NCBI GenBank assembly: GCA_951406725.2
Contig: OX597814.1
Coordinates: 147,064,001-147,128,000, forward strand
DNA length: 64,000 bases
Direction of reading: 5' to 3'
Source: Octopus vulgaris
Lineage: Eukaryota
Made by a program: the position numbers and the translations under genes
Shown here: positions 1 to 14,100 of the stretch, one piece after another
Layout: each line of letters starts with the position of its first letter
Numbering within the stretch: position 1 is the first letter of the stretch
The notes under the pieces: model-generated
The model's input: the letters and a program-made list of their open reading frames with translations, nothing else
The model's database searches: none
What the model was told of the DNA's origin: nothing

Positions 1-585
1 ACACACGCACACCCACACTCACACGTATATAAATTAATATAAATCAGAATTTTATTTTGTTCACCTCTCCTCGATCTCCGTGACGCAGCATTGTTATCAA
101 TATTTTCAAAAACGCTTTACCTTTAAATCTCTGGTGGCATTTACGTTGATATCGGTGCTACTGTGATATAATGAATATTATCACAACACAGCTAAAATAC
201 TCTAAAAGGTATTTTAATCATCTATCCGTTTCCCCTTTGAGGATATATAAACACGGCAAGTTATCATTTACAAAATCAATATTTATCTAGCAATATGTAT
301 CAAGCTTTTGCATTCTGCTTTATTTAACTGAGTTGAGTCTTGTACATATTATAACCCATGTATACTCATTTAAATACACATAAAAATGCTAAATGGGTAT
401 CCGTCAGTTTCGACGTTGTGTACACTAGTGCTTTGATGAATTTAACAGCCGATTCATATTATCAGCGAAGAACATGATGTTATTACAACATTTTTTAGAC
501 ATGTTTACTGTTTACCAATAACGTAAAACTCAGGTAAATCAGACTTGAAGCTGTGTAATGAAACCGAGACTTTGAAATAAACGTA

Positions 586-820
586 CCTATTTCTTTATTA
601 CCCACAAGGGGCTAAACATAGAGGGGACAAACAAGGAGAGACAAAGGGATTAAGTCGATTACATCGACCCCAGTGCGTAACTGGTACTTAATTTATCGAC
701 CCCGAAAGGATGAAAGGCAAAGTCAACCTCGGCGGTATTTGAACTCAGAACGTAACGACAGACGAAATACGGATAGGAATTACGCCCGGCGTGCTAATGA
801 TTCTGCCATTTCGCCGCCTT
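586..820 (-). mobile_element. tRNA-derived SINE with Nin/Deu-type central domain (common octopus SINE), near full length
   Basis: Minus strand starts AAGGCGGCGAAATGGCAGAATCATTAGC (A-box-like), has B-box-like GAGTTCAAAT, then GCCTTTCATCCTTTCGGGGTCGATAAATTAAGTACCAG and ends AATAAAGAAATAGG. Closely similar copies at 44988-45408 and 31527-31739. Confidence 0.85.
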
Positions 821-2100
821 ATACATACCGACAATCAGTCTTCGTTATCCTTTCCGTTGTGTCAACTAACTTTCACTCACAATTCCTAGACGTATTCGGA
901 GATTACGGTAGAAAACACTTCTCCAATATACAATACACATAGATAGACGACAAGATCTTAAAACCGTAAAAAAAAAAGAAAAGTTCGTGAAAATTCGGCC
1001 ATAAGATCACCTCTACATTAATCTATATAAATATTAATATAGGCGTAGATATTTTCTATGGAAACGCATACACATACAAGGTTATTCATACAGAATTATG
1101 AATAAATATACAAAATAAACATATTGTAAGAAAGACCATGATGGAATGATAGTCTTTCATTTCATTTTTATGATAGAAGTTTTATGTTTCGGATATTTTT
1201 CCAGTTTGAGCAAATTGCAACAGTGATGATGAAAATGCCGTTTAGATTTATATGAATCATAATTAACAGTAAGCATTACAAAGGCATAATTGAATCTATT
1301 GTCCATAAAGATAATATCACTTAGAAGTCAATTAATTGGTTCAACTAAATAACATACGCATGCAACAAAAATAATATACAAAACAATAAAGTAATTATTA
1401 ACAACAAATATCCAATTATTACTTAACAAAAACAAACAACGAATAAATTGTAGTCAAATTGTGCAGAATGCCATTGAACAATACATAATTTATAAGATTT
1501 TATCGTATGCTTGCAATCATATTTACTGGAGCTAATAATACATTATAGCAAAAATATTTTGAGTGTATTTTAATTATTAGAAGCGTGCCTCTCGAGGGAC
1601 ATAGTTAATTAGGCAGCTATTGCATGCTATATGGAAACATACGTTTTTCAATGCTTCCTCGTTTTCCTAAAACTATAGAAAAGCAAAATAAAAGTTATAC
1701 TTTTTTACTGTAATATCTAACATATGAACTATGCCAGATTCTATCAGCAAGATTGTCACCAGATGTTACCAATATTGAAGCCAGTGAGTCGTATGCTAGA
1801 TATTTGCCAATAAATCACGGTTTCAGAATGTAAGAACAAAAATATGGTCCTAATATGTTTTTACAAAATTTGTTTTCCCTATTTTTAATATAAACGTTGC
1901 CAAATATTTTTTCTCATACGAGAAGCTGAATATATATCGATATTATTCAAATGAACAGTTATTCTGCAGTCAAATTACATGCATTTGCGTGTATGCTTTA
2001 TATACATACATGCACATATTGACATCACTGAAAAAAAACAGATATATATGTGTGTGTGTGCAATTATATGACATAGGTGTGTAAATACACATACAGACGC

Positions 2101-2146
<46 letters not shown>

Positions 2147-2599
2147 ATGAGTGTGTGTAATTATATGACACGTACATACAAATAGACATTCGCAGACAAA
2201 CGCGGGCACATATACACATTTATGCATATGCACACGCACTCATATGCAAGTATGAGCACAGATGGTTACCTATTCTGAAAAAAGCCACATAATACACATA
2301 CACCCAAACACAAGCAGTTATGCACACGCACAAGCAGTGCGCGCACACGCACATGCTGCAATACACTCACATAAACACTCACACATTCACACATATATGA
2401 ACATATACAATCATTCACAAAACCAAATCATCTTCACGAACAGACACCCGAGACCACACACTCGTACGCGCACACACACACTCAGGCACAGAGGAATATA
2501 TTAAAATGCTCGCACACGCTGACACTGATGCTCGCACATAAACGCACCTAATCTTTTCTGTCCTCTCCCACTCCACATGAAAAAAATTATACCCTACAT

Positions 2600-2962
2600 C
2601 AGTGGTTCTCTGCCGAGGTCCCTATGATTCCTCGGGATCCATATAAGATGTTTGCGGTCCACACAACCAATAAGGTAAATTAGGGATCTACAGTAGTATG
2701 TTATGTGTCCATAAATAGATTTTGTTTCTGATATATTTATTGTATGACAAGACTAGGTTTCTAATGTTTCCAGGCACTGCAACATTAGAAACCTTAGAGA
2801 TTGCTATTGCAAACCCACGCAACTAAATGTTAGAAAAACCAAAACAGGTGATTTGAAAGCAGTATGTATAAGCTAGGATTTAAACATAGGATGACTGTGG
2901 GCTCCAGGAAATTAAAATAGCAATCAAAGGTGTCTTAAGCAGAAAATGGTTGAGAACCACTT
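2600..2962. mobile_element. hAT-type non-autonomous DNA transposon (MITE)
   Basis: Terminal inverted repeats CAGTGGTTCTC (2600) and GAGAACCACTT (2952-2962); degenerate 8-bp flanks CCCTACAT / CTCCACAC. Confidence 0.55.
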
Positions 2963-3324
2963 CTCCACACTCAGCAAATATTTTCAGCAGATCTGAGACC
3001 GACCTCACAACAAAAGGCCCAAGACATAAAGAAGTAACTCATGGGTAGCGCACACCCACCTAGTAGCACACTAACACATATACACGCTGTTACTCGGTTG
3101 TATGCCCATGACTGCTCACACACGCACGTAAACGCACGCACGTATACGCACGCGCACACACATGCAGACACTTATCGTTTACTTTCAACCTTATCTCTTC
3201 TTCTAAGCAAATATACATCTACAAGCACAGAGATGTACACATACACAGACGCATGAGAAAAATTCTCAAACAGATTCGGAATAGACCGTCCAGACCTTGG
3301 AGTGAGAGGAGAAGTTTGCAAAAA

Positions 3325-3455
3325 CGCTTAGCGTCTATTTCTAATTACCCCGATGTTGAATTTGCTATTTTTTCTTCAATAAAATAGGAGCCAGTTGAAC
3401 ACTGGGGTCGATATAATCAACTCACCACTTCCCCGAACTTCAGGTCTTGTGGGAA
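3325..3455 (+). mobile_element. Degenerate Nin-type SINE fragment
   Basis: CCAGTTGAACACTGGGGTCGATATAATCAACT resembles the body of the SINE at 586-820 in the opposite orientation. Confidence 0.5.
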
Positions 3456-5079
3456 AAACCGAGATCAATATAAAAAAAATTAATTATATAGGAGCTTAGA
3501 TTGACATATCAATGTAATGACTATTTGCTTAGATGACATGGCACGGTGTGTTTTCTTGTAGTATGCTCTTACATTTCGTATAAGTCCTGTTATCATGTGT
3601 ATTCATTCATTATTAACCTGTTTAATCTTTCAACCTTTCACTCTTCGAATATCCCTTGATCTTAAAATGGCGATTGTTTTCTCTAAATCTGGAAAACCAT
3701 AGAAAAATCTATAGCTATTATAACCCGATGTGGATCTTCTTCAGTACAGTACTGTACACGGTTTTACCATGAAATTCAAGCATGACTCCAATATTTTATG
3801 TTTTAAATATAGTCTGCAGTTTAAATAATCTGCGTCTGTGTGAAATAGACGCTAGTCGTACAAATACCGTACCTTTAGAAGACTAATTTATGTATCATTG
3901 TTTAATTATTCATTCATATTTCAATGTAGTAATGAAGACACAAGTTAAATAAGAAAGTCTTTGACCTTATTACCTAATAAGTTTCACAATTGTGAAGGAC
4001 CGAGTCTGACAGAAAACGGGAAAATAATTTATACAAAATAATAGCTCCAAATCAGTCATTGACAGAATGAGAGAACAGTTTAACATCCCAAAAGTTGTCG
4101 ATTTGTCTTACAATTTAGGCTAAGCATTCTGTATAATACAGACAGTAAACCAACTGTTCAATTAAGAAACATTCAAGTTGACAGCGATATGATCAGAGTA
4201 ATATCTCAATGAAATATTTCCAGGCTTTTATGTTGAATTGTCGCCACCTACATTTGCAGATTGCCACTAGAAATTTTGACACAGCGGTGGAAAAGTTCGG
4301 AGTATCTTTAATGCTACTCAAAAAAGCCTGGAGAGGGGCTGTCAAATGCATTCGGTATCCAAGTACAACACTTAAGTTGTTTACGTCAAGTAGTTGCGTG
4401 TGTTTATATGCGTGTACGCACTTATATAACGACATAAGCACAGAAACACAGCTACAAACTCTCTCTCTCTCTCTCTCTCACACAAGCACACACATACACA
4501 CACATATTTCCACACGGATATTTATACGTATGTATGAGGTACTTATAAATGTTTACACACACTCGTATTTCTGGGAAAAGAACAGCAAGAAATATTCACT
4601 CATATGAAGCAGCGAATCCATTTTGAACATCAACCTTTCTAGATTAAATTTATCTTAGATTACCTTTCACTTTATTTGAAGGAATCAAACAGTTAATAAT
4701 TCTTATAATTATTTGATCGCGCCGCTGACAAATATATATATATAACAAATAATCAAGTCATTTCAGTAACTTAAATCTTTCAATTAATATAAATCAAGCT
4801 TGAGTTCTCTTCGTGGAAAACAACACTTTTTTTTATCCTCTCTCTCTCTCTCATGATAATTCACTGCATTTTGTGTATGTGCCTGTGTGTATATGTGGTT
4901 GTGCGCACATATATATGTGCTTGTGTGTGTGTTTCTGTGTGAGTGTATGTGTGTGCGTGTGGCTAGATAAAAACCAGTCATACTTCCATCTGTTTACTTT
5001 CTTTAACGAAAGCGATAAGTGATATAGCAGAGTCTATCTGTAGAAAGAAAACCTACCCGCTCTTTCTCTTCTCCTCCTT

Positions 5080-5081
<2 letters not shown>

Positions 5082-5161
<80 letters not shown>

Positions 5162-5229
5162 GTGTGTGTGAATACATTTGTGCACATATATACATACATA
5201 TATGTGTATATATATCTATATGCATATGC

Positions 5230-5280
<51 letters not shown>
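5082..5280. repeat. (TA)n microsatellite cluster
   Basis: Long TA runs at 5082-5158 and 5235-5280. Confidence 0.95.
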
Positions 5281-5287
<7 letters not shown>

Positions 5288-5888
5288 ATGCACACGCAAA
5301 GAGATTTCCGTTTCAGATTCTTTCTGATAAAATAGCTCTACTACATCACTTCATATACAATATACAATAATATGATTTCGCCCATAGCGCAGTGATTCGC
5401 TCTCTAAAATATATAAATATTGATAGAATATATATTTTCGTTTAAAGCGAAATTCAAAATCCGTTTTAGATAACAAAGATAGTTATATATTTTGATAATT
5501 TCTATTGCTTTTGGTGCATAAAATGAATAGTTTTCAAAATAATATGGTATATGGCTTAACACGTTATTACTAACCATGTGTATAAACTGTTGCGTAGAAT
5601 AAAGTTCAGATGTATTGAAATGCTATCGAATTCTATATCGCAATACATTATTCCTTAAAATCCTGATTTTACATTTCAGTTGACAGAGGTATTCAAAACT
5701 TGTTTCAACAACTAGGTGGAATCGATTGCATCATTTGCAACACGTTAAAGACAAGAATAACTCATGGGTCTATCGATAAAGCATTTTTTGCTTTTCTTTT
5801 TCTTTTTTTTTTCTTTTTACAGAAAGAAGGATTTAGGGATGATAGTTCTGGAATTTCAGATGATATCCGAATAAAGTCAATGAAATGA

Positions 5889-5961
<73 letters not shown>
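5889..5961. repeat. (AGT)n microsatellite
   Basis: Perfect AGT run. Confidence 0.95.
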
Positions 5962-5962
<1 letters not shown>

Positions 5963-6019
5963 AATAATGCTGTTATTCTTGTTATTGTTGTTGATGATGA
6001 TGCTGATGATGTTGATGAT

Positions 6020-7800
6020 GATTTTTTTTATTAACCGGAAAGTTAATAAAAATATGATACAAGTTGGAATAAATGTTAAATGAAACGGGATTTGCTATAT
6101 GTGAGGGACTTGGTAAACTATATAGAATTTAGTAAAGGGACGGGAACGTTATACAATGGGCGGATAAAAGAAAATTATACAAACATGAATTAATATAAAA
6201 GATTATGACATGACATAAAGTTTGTATGGGAGATCAACAGTTATTGTTAATCACTAACACATAGATAAGGTCGGGCTGAACATTCTATATTTCAACCCCT
6301 AGGACATCACTGATGTAATGCTAGTGGTGTCTCTGGTGTGGTGGGATAGTGCCCATAGTAACTCTACGGCTGCTGTTGGTGATGGATTTTGTACATAGGT
6401 TCTTAAATGCTGCTCCCCCCTTTCGTTCCATGTTTTGGTACTGTTGGGAGTGGATTTTATCGAGGTGTTTTGTCACATCACTTCCCACAGTTACTTTCGT
6501 CTCCTTTCTCTGAATAATTTGCGGCCGAGAGACATGTTTTGGTCGACATTTCATTTATGTCTGTTGTCACTATTTTTGGTTTTGTTTTTGGGATCCTTGT
6601 TTTTGTTTTTTCGTTTTTGTTGACGATATCTAAGTCAGTGAGGCCTGTATTCCTTTGGTTATTTTTGTTGCTGTTGCTTCTACTCTCAATGTTGTTGTTT
6701 ATTTTTAAGTAACGATTCAATTCCTGCATCTGATGCTAAAGACTTTAGTACTGCGGTTGCACACTGTTGAAGGAGATGCTGTTGGAATTGTTGTTATTGC
6801 TATTGTGTTTTATGCAGTGGAAATCTTTATTCGAACCTTCACTTTTTGATTGCGAGAGGAGGCCTTAAAATAACTAATGTATCTATTGGTATATCATCTA
6901 GAAATCTTCTTCTATCACTATCTGCATTTAGTAACCTGTTGTAATCTCTACCACGTTGGGATTGTGATTTCCAATACAATCCCTCCAAAGATATATTTTT
7001 GAGACCTTTTATGATTGATAATGTCGTGCTAGCCCTCTCCAATAAAAGAACTTTTTTCAGCCACCTCAAGTCTAGTTAACTAGGAATGTTGGCAATATTC
7101 TCTATGGGAACACTTCGTTACTCATAAATTGGAATCAATCTTAATTCACCTCTTCTACATTCAACATAAAGTTCATCTAGATATTTGTGAAAATATCAGT
7201 CTTATTCCACAATAACACACCTAGGTGTTTGTCATGTGTCGAGAAGTCTATGTCTCACTTGATGACCTTCAATCTGAGTTGAAACTGCTTAGTCTAAGAC
7301 TCACGATCTGCCAACACTTGCCTCTGTTTGGTCACACAACTGCTCTACTATCGTTAGTGCAAGAGACCTTCCTCTTCCTGGTCTACTGATGAATATTCTG
7401 ATTCTTCGAGGTCTTGATATTTTATCTGCAGCAGCAAATGTACAATTTTTGGTGTGATTTTACTAGTGATCATTCCATTATTACCTCTGGTGTTCTTGTT
7501 GCTGACGTCATTGTTTACTATTGCGTTGCGGTATCAATTCCAATGCTACTACTACAGTTTCTTTTTTCGTATTGTTGGCTGCTGTAAGTAGAAACTCCCC
7601 TTATCCACCTGTGAATGTGTGAGAGAGCTCCAGTTTTCTACCGGCTTGCTATTGTTTCCCATATCATTGACGTTTGTGCTGTTGCTTCTGATGTGGTTTC
7701 TTCTGCTGCCGTGTCTATTGAAGTGGCTGGTATTAGTATCAGTCATTACTACGACTGTATTGCTGTACGTTAGGTGATGCTGGCTGCACATATTAGTTTC
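6020..7800 (-). mobile_element. Heavily decayed non-LTR retrotransposon, probably L1/Tx1-like
   Basis: Minus-strand peptides DKHLGVLL (KYLGV-like RT motif), LDELYVECRRGELRLI (LYLPxxxGGLGL-like) and LRWLKKVLL occur in the expected order at ~7235-7050; A-rich tail near 6020-6035. Boundaries are approximate. Confidence 0.35.
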
Positions 7801-8027
7801 ATTTTAAAAAAGAAAAAAATTCCATCCCACCTTACACACATGCTTGACTGTCAAATATGAAAGTGTGGATTTCAAATATTTTGTTTGTTTGAAACGTTCT
7901 AAGAATATTTTTCCGAAGAGTGAGTAACAAATGCGAGATATAGTCCATAACAATCCTTGTCAGCTTATTAAAACCAATAAATATAATTTTCGAACAATAG
8001 AAAAGACACATAGAAAGCAACAGTATC

Positions 8028-8051
8028 ACCACCACCACAACCACCACCACC

Positions 8052-8085
<34 letters not shown>

Positions 8086-8097
8086 TCATCATCACCA
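8028..8097. repeat. (CAC)n(CAT)n compound microsatellite
   Basis: Direct reading; source of the poly-His in ORF 7931..8401. Confidence 0.95.
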
Positions 8098-8514
8098 TGA
8101 GAAAGCAACCATACCATTAGATATGCCAATACACAGAGAAATTAAGACCAATAGGCCAGATATAGTTGTCAGAGATCATGATGAAAAAGAATGTTTTCTA
8201 CTTGATGTAAATAGAGGTAACTCGAATGTGGAATCTAAAAACAGAAATAATTCCTATCATAGTAGGCGCATTAGGTATGATATAAAATATTCAGCCAAAT
8301 GTATAACAAAAATACCAGGATACACAAATATATATATCATCCAGAAAATTGCACTACTGGGCACTGCACACTTCCTACGCAAAGCACTTTCAATACAGTA
8401 ACCATAAGAACATCACAGCAAACCACAGCACATACCCAAGGCACACAGAGTTACGCTCGGTATTGAAGTGAAAGCACGTTATAAAAATAAAACTACTGAA
8501 TAATAATAATAATA

Positions 8515-8515
<1 letters not shown>
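8095..8515 (+). mobile_element. R4/Dong-clade (restriction-like endonuclease) LINE, 3' fragment
   Basis: REIKTNRPDIVVRDHDEKECFLLDV (PD..D motif), QKIALLGTAHFLRKALSIQ*, 3' UTR and (TAA)n tail. Same family as 50243-51200, with a ~70-bp internal deletion relative to it. Confidence 0.85.
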
Positions 8516-8576
<61 letters not shown>

Positions 8577-8608
8577 GGTGGTGGTGGTGGTGGTGGTGGT
8601 GGTGGTGG

Positions 8609-8657
<49 letters not shown>

Positions 8658-8665
8658 AATAATAA
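8500..8665. repeat. Compound trinucleotide repeat (TAA)(TGA)(TGG)(TGA)(TAA)
   Basis: Direct reading. Confidence 0.95.
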
Positions 8666-8666
8666 C

Positions 8667-9185
8667 TGGAGACTGTGCGAAGAGCGGATGCTAGAGAGAG
8701 GCAAGACGTGGTATGAGCACAAACCCCAGTGCCGGAGACCAGGAAAGTCTTCTGGGATTTCCCAATCCAAACTGCTTAGGTGCTAGAGAATAACAGACCG
8801 GGCCTAGTGGTGGTGGACAAGGTGCACCATATATGCTATAAAGTTGATGTTGCATGCCCCATTGACCCCTAGAATCAAGAACGAAGACGAAAAGATAGAT
8901 ACAACCCACTTAAGTACAAAATAGTCTGGCTATGGAAAATGAAGATGAAGACAGAGAGAATTATCGTTAGGCCTGTGGGAACGGTACCAGAAGCCATCAA
9001 GAAGAATATAAAGAAAATTGGAAGAGGTACCCAATAGAACTGTTACAAAATGTTTGCCTCCTTGGCACGGCCAGAATAATCAGTAAAGTATTAGATAGCT
9101 GAAAAGAACAAATAGCATGATACCGTAGGCTACAGGTACGCATGTAAGACTCCAGGAATTCCTACAAAATATGTGATGAAAAGAA
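8667..9185 (+). mobile_element. Second R4/Dong-clade LINE family, 3' fragment
   Basis: Frameshifted peptides KTWYEHKP, VFWDFPIQT, RPGLVVVDK..VDVACPID and ELLQNVCLLGTARIISKVLDS*. Confidence 0.75.
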
Positions 9186-9439
9186 TGATGATGAGGAGGA
9201 GGATAAAATAACAGCAACAGTATCAATCATAATGACAACAATGACATCCATATAGTAATTCTTGTAAATAAATGAAAATATAAAGTGATTATCCAAGATA
9301 TTCATTGATATCTATCCGTATTTCAGATTTATGTGCATCCCATATATATCTGAAAAAAATAAAAAGCTATCATTGCATCGCTCATTTCAAGTATCGAAAC
9401 CACAATCTTACGCTAATGTGTGCAACATCGTATTAACCA

Positions 9440-9562
9440 TGCCCTGCGCGTTAAAAATAATATCAAAATGTCCTTCCCAAAGCATCCTCTAGTCCAGGAA
9501 ATAGAACCATAATCTTACGATCATGCGCTCAACACTCTAATCGCTAATCTACGTGCCTCCAC
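9440..9562 (-). mobile_element. Degenerate tRNA-derived SINE head
   Basis: Minus strand GGAGGCACGTAGATTAGCGATTAGAGTGTTGAGCGCATGATCGTAAGATTATGGTTCTATTTCCTGGAC resembles the head of the 31790 SINE. Confidence 0.45.
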
Positions 9563-12500
9563 GTTGCTTACACATACAAACGCACACACACGCATACACA
9601 CAAACACAAACATACCGTTATCACTATTTTTTTTACTTCATTATTCCATCTTCTATATCTAAATTTAGAAAAAGAGAATGAACAAGCAAAAAACTAAAGT
9701 AAGAAAAAAATATGGTATCAATGTAGAATATTTAATTTATTGCTAGGGTAGTTATAGTAAATGCGGGATTATGAAGTAATTCGTAGATTCTCTCACAACT
9801 GTTTCAAGAATAGTTTAGATTGTGGAGCATAGGCTATTGAGCAAAGATCCCTACGTAAGCTAACTACCCCGTCATCGGATAAATATTCCTTGGTTCTTGA
9901 TAAAATGTCTCTGGGATGATGAACAGTTAGCACACATAGAAAGATTTAGTCAATAGTATATTCTCCGCATGTTCCACTATTCCAGAAACAGCTGTAGGAG
10001 ACATTACACATCACTTCATAATCCTTTACTATAACTGTTGTTTGAATCATAAATTAATGACTCTAAAGTGGTGCCACATGTTTCGCATGTTCATTTTCTT
10101 TTTCTAATATATAACTACTTGCTCAATGGTGAACCACTTCTAGCTTCAACATTATCAATCTTTCAGTTGCAGTTCAAGATAGAGCTTTAGGAGTAAATCA
10201 AACCGTGTATGTGTGTGTGCGTGCGTGCATATGTATGTGTATGTAAGTGTTGTTGGACGGTCTCGTTATGGCTGTCAATGTTAACAAAGCGCACAATAAG
10301 GAATTGTAATTGTTCTTCTCTCCCCATCCTACATCAGTTTAATCGATAAAGTAGCTAAAACAAGGCAAAGAATATAATTGAAACCAATGAATTTAAATAC
10401 TGTCATATTTGCGAAAAGGCAGTTGAAATGCTTCCATGCAATTCAAGGACAAATAATGCAAATAAATTGCATAAGCACATATTTTATAGTTTGATCATGA
10501 ATAGCATTCATTTCACACTATCAAGGCTACATATAGGCGGAATTCTTAGAGTGTGGATAATCGTACCAGCTGTTAGAATTGTGAGATGGAATTTCGCCGG
10601 AGATTGCTTTGCATTTCAGCCATGCGAAAGTCATATACATTGTTCTTAGCAAGTGCTGAGTTTCATTTCAACGATACATTTCTCCATGTATGCTTCGTGC
10701 CTAAGTAAAACAATCTCCGTTTGTACTTATGATAGAATTTTCTCACAAACCTAACGGGCCCAAATGAAGAAAGAATTACGCTTTGGATCATGTGGTTCTA
10801 TATAAGCTTTGTCTAAAAATTACGATTAATTGGTCAAGGTTAGAAGGGTTTCTGAACATAGGTAAATTGATTAGGGTAAGCCCATGAATAAACAATAACT
10901 AACAATAGCTTGATTCTATATGTAAATATTGAGCGATAATTTTTCAATAAAGTTTCCGTATTTAAACTTAGTAGCGGTAATTTCTTCGTAGTGTCATGAG
11001 ATGAAATAATTTTAGTGAAGGTTAACGTAATATTAGGAGCTAACAAATAACAAAATATTTATTAGTTTAAGCATAATTCTTATTCTAAAGATATTGTTAT
11101 TATTGATGATAACAGATAAATAGATATTCGAATTGATTTTAAACTTAAGAGACATTTGATTTGAAAAGATAGGGTACTATATATGCTATATCTAGAAATT
11201 AATACTGATTGCTCAAGGGATATTTCCTAGTGTGTCTAGCAGACTTAGAGAGAAAAACACAAGTTGACAAACTATTAAGAAATTAGATAACATTAGTATT
11301 GACTTAATAGACAAATGATATATCTCAATGGAGGTAAACATTGTAACCTCTATTCCATCTACAAGAAAAGAATTGAATTAAAAATGAATAACATTAGGGC
11401 AAGCATAGTTTCTTAAAACTTTCGGAAAATGTGTATTCTGGATTATAACTGCAACATCCTAGCAAAACAAAAATTCATAGTCCAAAATCTGAGACGTGAG
11501 TTGGTTTCCATGAACAGGACATAACGCGATAATTGGATAATTCTGCATTTCATTGGTATGTCTGCATTATAAACTTAGAATTATCATACATTTGAAAATT
11601 TTTCGAATGTGAATGTGGTACAAATATTTTGACAATGCAAATTATGTTTGAGAAGGTATTACTTCGTAATAATACGATATGTGATATGAAATCATTTTGC
11701 AGTGTCGAACCGAAAGCTAACACACGCATACATTTCATACAACAACAATCCGTATTGCCTTAAATGTAACACATATTACTCAAGAGGTCTATATGTAATT
11801 ACTTTTATTGAAAATGTGGAGGAAATTTTATAAATTAAATATCGATGTTACATTGTAGAAACCTTTTACATGTACTCACTGAAATACGTCATTGGAAAGC
11901 GAATGAAAAGATCATGGCAACCATAATACAATCCTACGATCATTTTCGGTTTGGATAACTAACATCTGCACATGAGGCTGCAGCATACTTATGCGCATGC
12001 AGTATATAAAACAGCAATGGTGAATAACAATTTAAGGCCTACTCTTATTTACGGTTACAAAATGATCAACATAAAAATAAATACTCTGACTTAGATGAAC
12101 AAATCCAAACTGAATAGGCCAGCAGAACACATGCATTTGCCATATCGGATTAGCACGTCACCGTTAGATACAGCGAGAAATAGAATACATAATTCTTACA
12201 AGGTTTCGGAGAAAAATCGCGCGGTTGATTAAATACTGCATTTTTATCACTTTATCCAAAACCAATCTTCAGCAAAATACTTAGAGCAACGAGAACGTAG
12301 ATAAAATAGTTCTGAATACACATGTTCAGTCAATTCTCTAGAGAAAATATATTTGGTACTTTGGAATTTCTATAGGACTTAGAAATGAAACGATAATACG
12401 AAGATATTACAGAATTATGGCATAGAGGCAAGCCGATAATAATCCTTGCAACATTTTAGATAATATAAATGAACACTTATGAATAATCGATGTAGCAATA

Positions 12501-13530
12501 GCGATTTAGTATAATATTGAGCAAAAAGGAACAGGGAACCTCAACATATATACTGACTTAGCCGTTTAATTATACACACGTGACAGCCAATATTTTGCCT
12601 ATAATCGGATTTCTAATTTGCACAGCTAGAACCGTACAAAATCAAATCTGTAGGATTACATATAAATAGGTATAGTAACTTTCCAGAGAATGGAAATGCG
12701 ATGTTTTGTAGGCATTATTTGATCATTCTTTCGCAAAATATAAGTTTAAACGTGCTGATTTGTTAATGTACCAAAATATATAATTACTGAATAAGGAAAG
12801 GATATCTTGAATGTGTTTCTGAATCCATAAATAATAATAAGTGAATTTTACACCAGGGTATAAACATTTTTGTTTGATGTGTGGCAAGATTCGAGTGAAT
12901 GATCGACAACTAATTTTTTTTTTCAAGTCCAAAAATATTGAGGATACGAATGCAGAAGTCAAATAAAACCCAGATAGTATAATCTGTTTTGTCTCTGTTG
13001 CTATTCACCTTCATTTTTGATATCATTTTTTTCTTATTTGGGCACAATCTACATATTTTCCTGTTTAGCGTGGATCGAACATCGTAGATATCCACACCAT
13101 AAAGATTTAATATCAACTTTGACAGATTTTAAGGCCTCAAGGTATACATACCTCTAAAAATGTCCACAAAGTGCACATTCTCTAATGCTGCGTCGAGTTA
13201 TGTATCCGCTAAAATTGTAAGAATATAAGTACAATGGCTTCTAATAAAGTAACATGATCGCACATTTTGGGTAATGCAATAGCATTTCATTATTTATTAT
13301 CAATTTTAATGGTGCAATTTTGAACTAAACAAGTAGCAGCCAGCAAACAAGATAAAGAACTCTGACCAACGCAGTATCAATGTTGCTACGTATCTTGTTT
13401 TAGGAAAACATTCTTAGGTAAATCCCCTTCAAAATATTTGCATGAGTTTTGTTATATTGGGTCTCTGTAGTGATAATTAAACGGAATTGCAACGTGTATT
13501 TACGACAATTGATACCACATAATATATTTA

Positions 13531-13940
13531 GAATGGCTGTGGAATTTATGTGTGGTAAGTAGCTTCCTTACGAACCACATGGTTATGGGTTGAGTCCCAC
13601 GGCGTAGCAGCTTGGGCAAGTATCTTCTAATATAACCTCGGGCCGACCAAAGCCTTGTGAGTGGATTTGATAGACGGAAACTGAAAGAATCCCGTCGTAT
13701 ATATGCATATATAATATATATATATATATGTGTCTGTGTTTGTCCCCCCCCCCAACATCGATTGTCAACTAATGCTGGTGTGCTTACGCCCCCGTAACTT
13801 AGCGGTTCGGCAAGAGAGACCGATATAATAAGTACTAGGCTTACAAAGAATAAGTCATGGGGTCGATTTGCTCGACTAAAGACGGTGCTCCAGCATGACC
13901 ACAGTCAAATGACTGAAGCAAGTCAAAGAGTAAAAGAGAA
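13531..13940 (+). mobile_element. tRNA-derived CORE-type SINE (octopus family)
   Basis: TGGCTGTG..GGTAAG head, GGGTTGAGTCCC B-box, CTTGGGCAAGTATCTT CORE-like block and AAAGAGTAAAAGAG tail; inverted copy at 49187-49593. Confidence 0.85.
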
Positions 13941-14100
13941 ATATACGAAAGTGAATGCAACTGATTCAGTGATACTTTAATGGCGAAAGGATAGTTTTAT
14001 CTATATGTTTGAGCATTCGTGTGAGAGTGTATATATGAATATACAAATACATTCATATGAGTTGTTGTCGCCCCAAATTAGGGGACAAAAAGAAAACAAA

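Noticed and set aside
7931-8401. 156-aa poly-His protein
   Set aside because: Chance fusion of a (CAC/CAT)n repeat with an R4/Dong LINE fragment.
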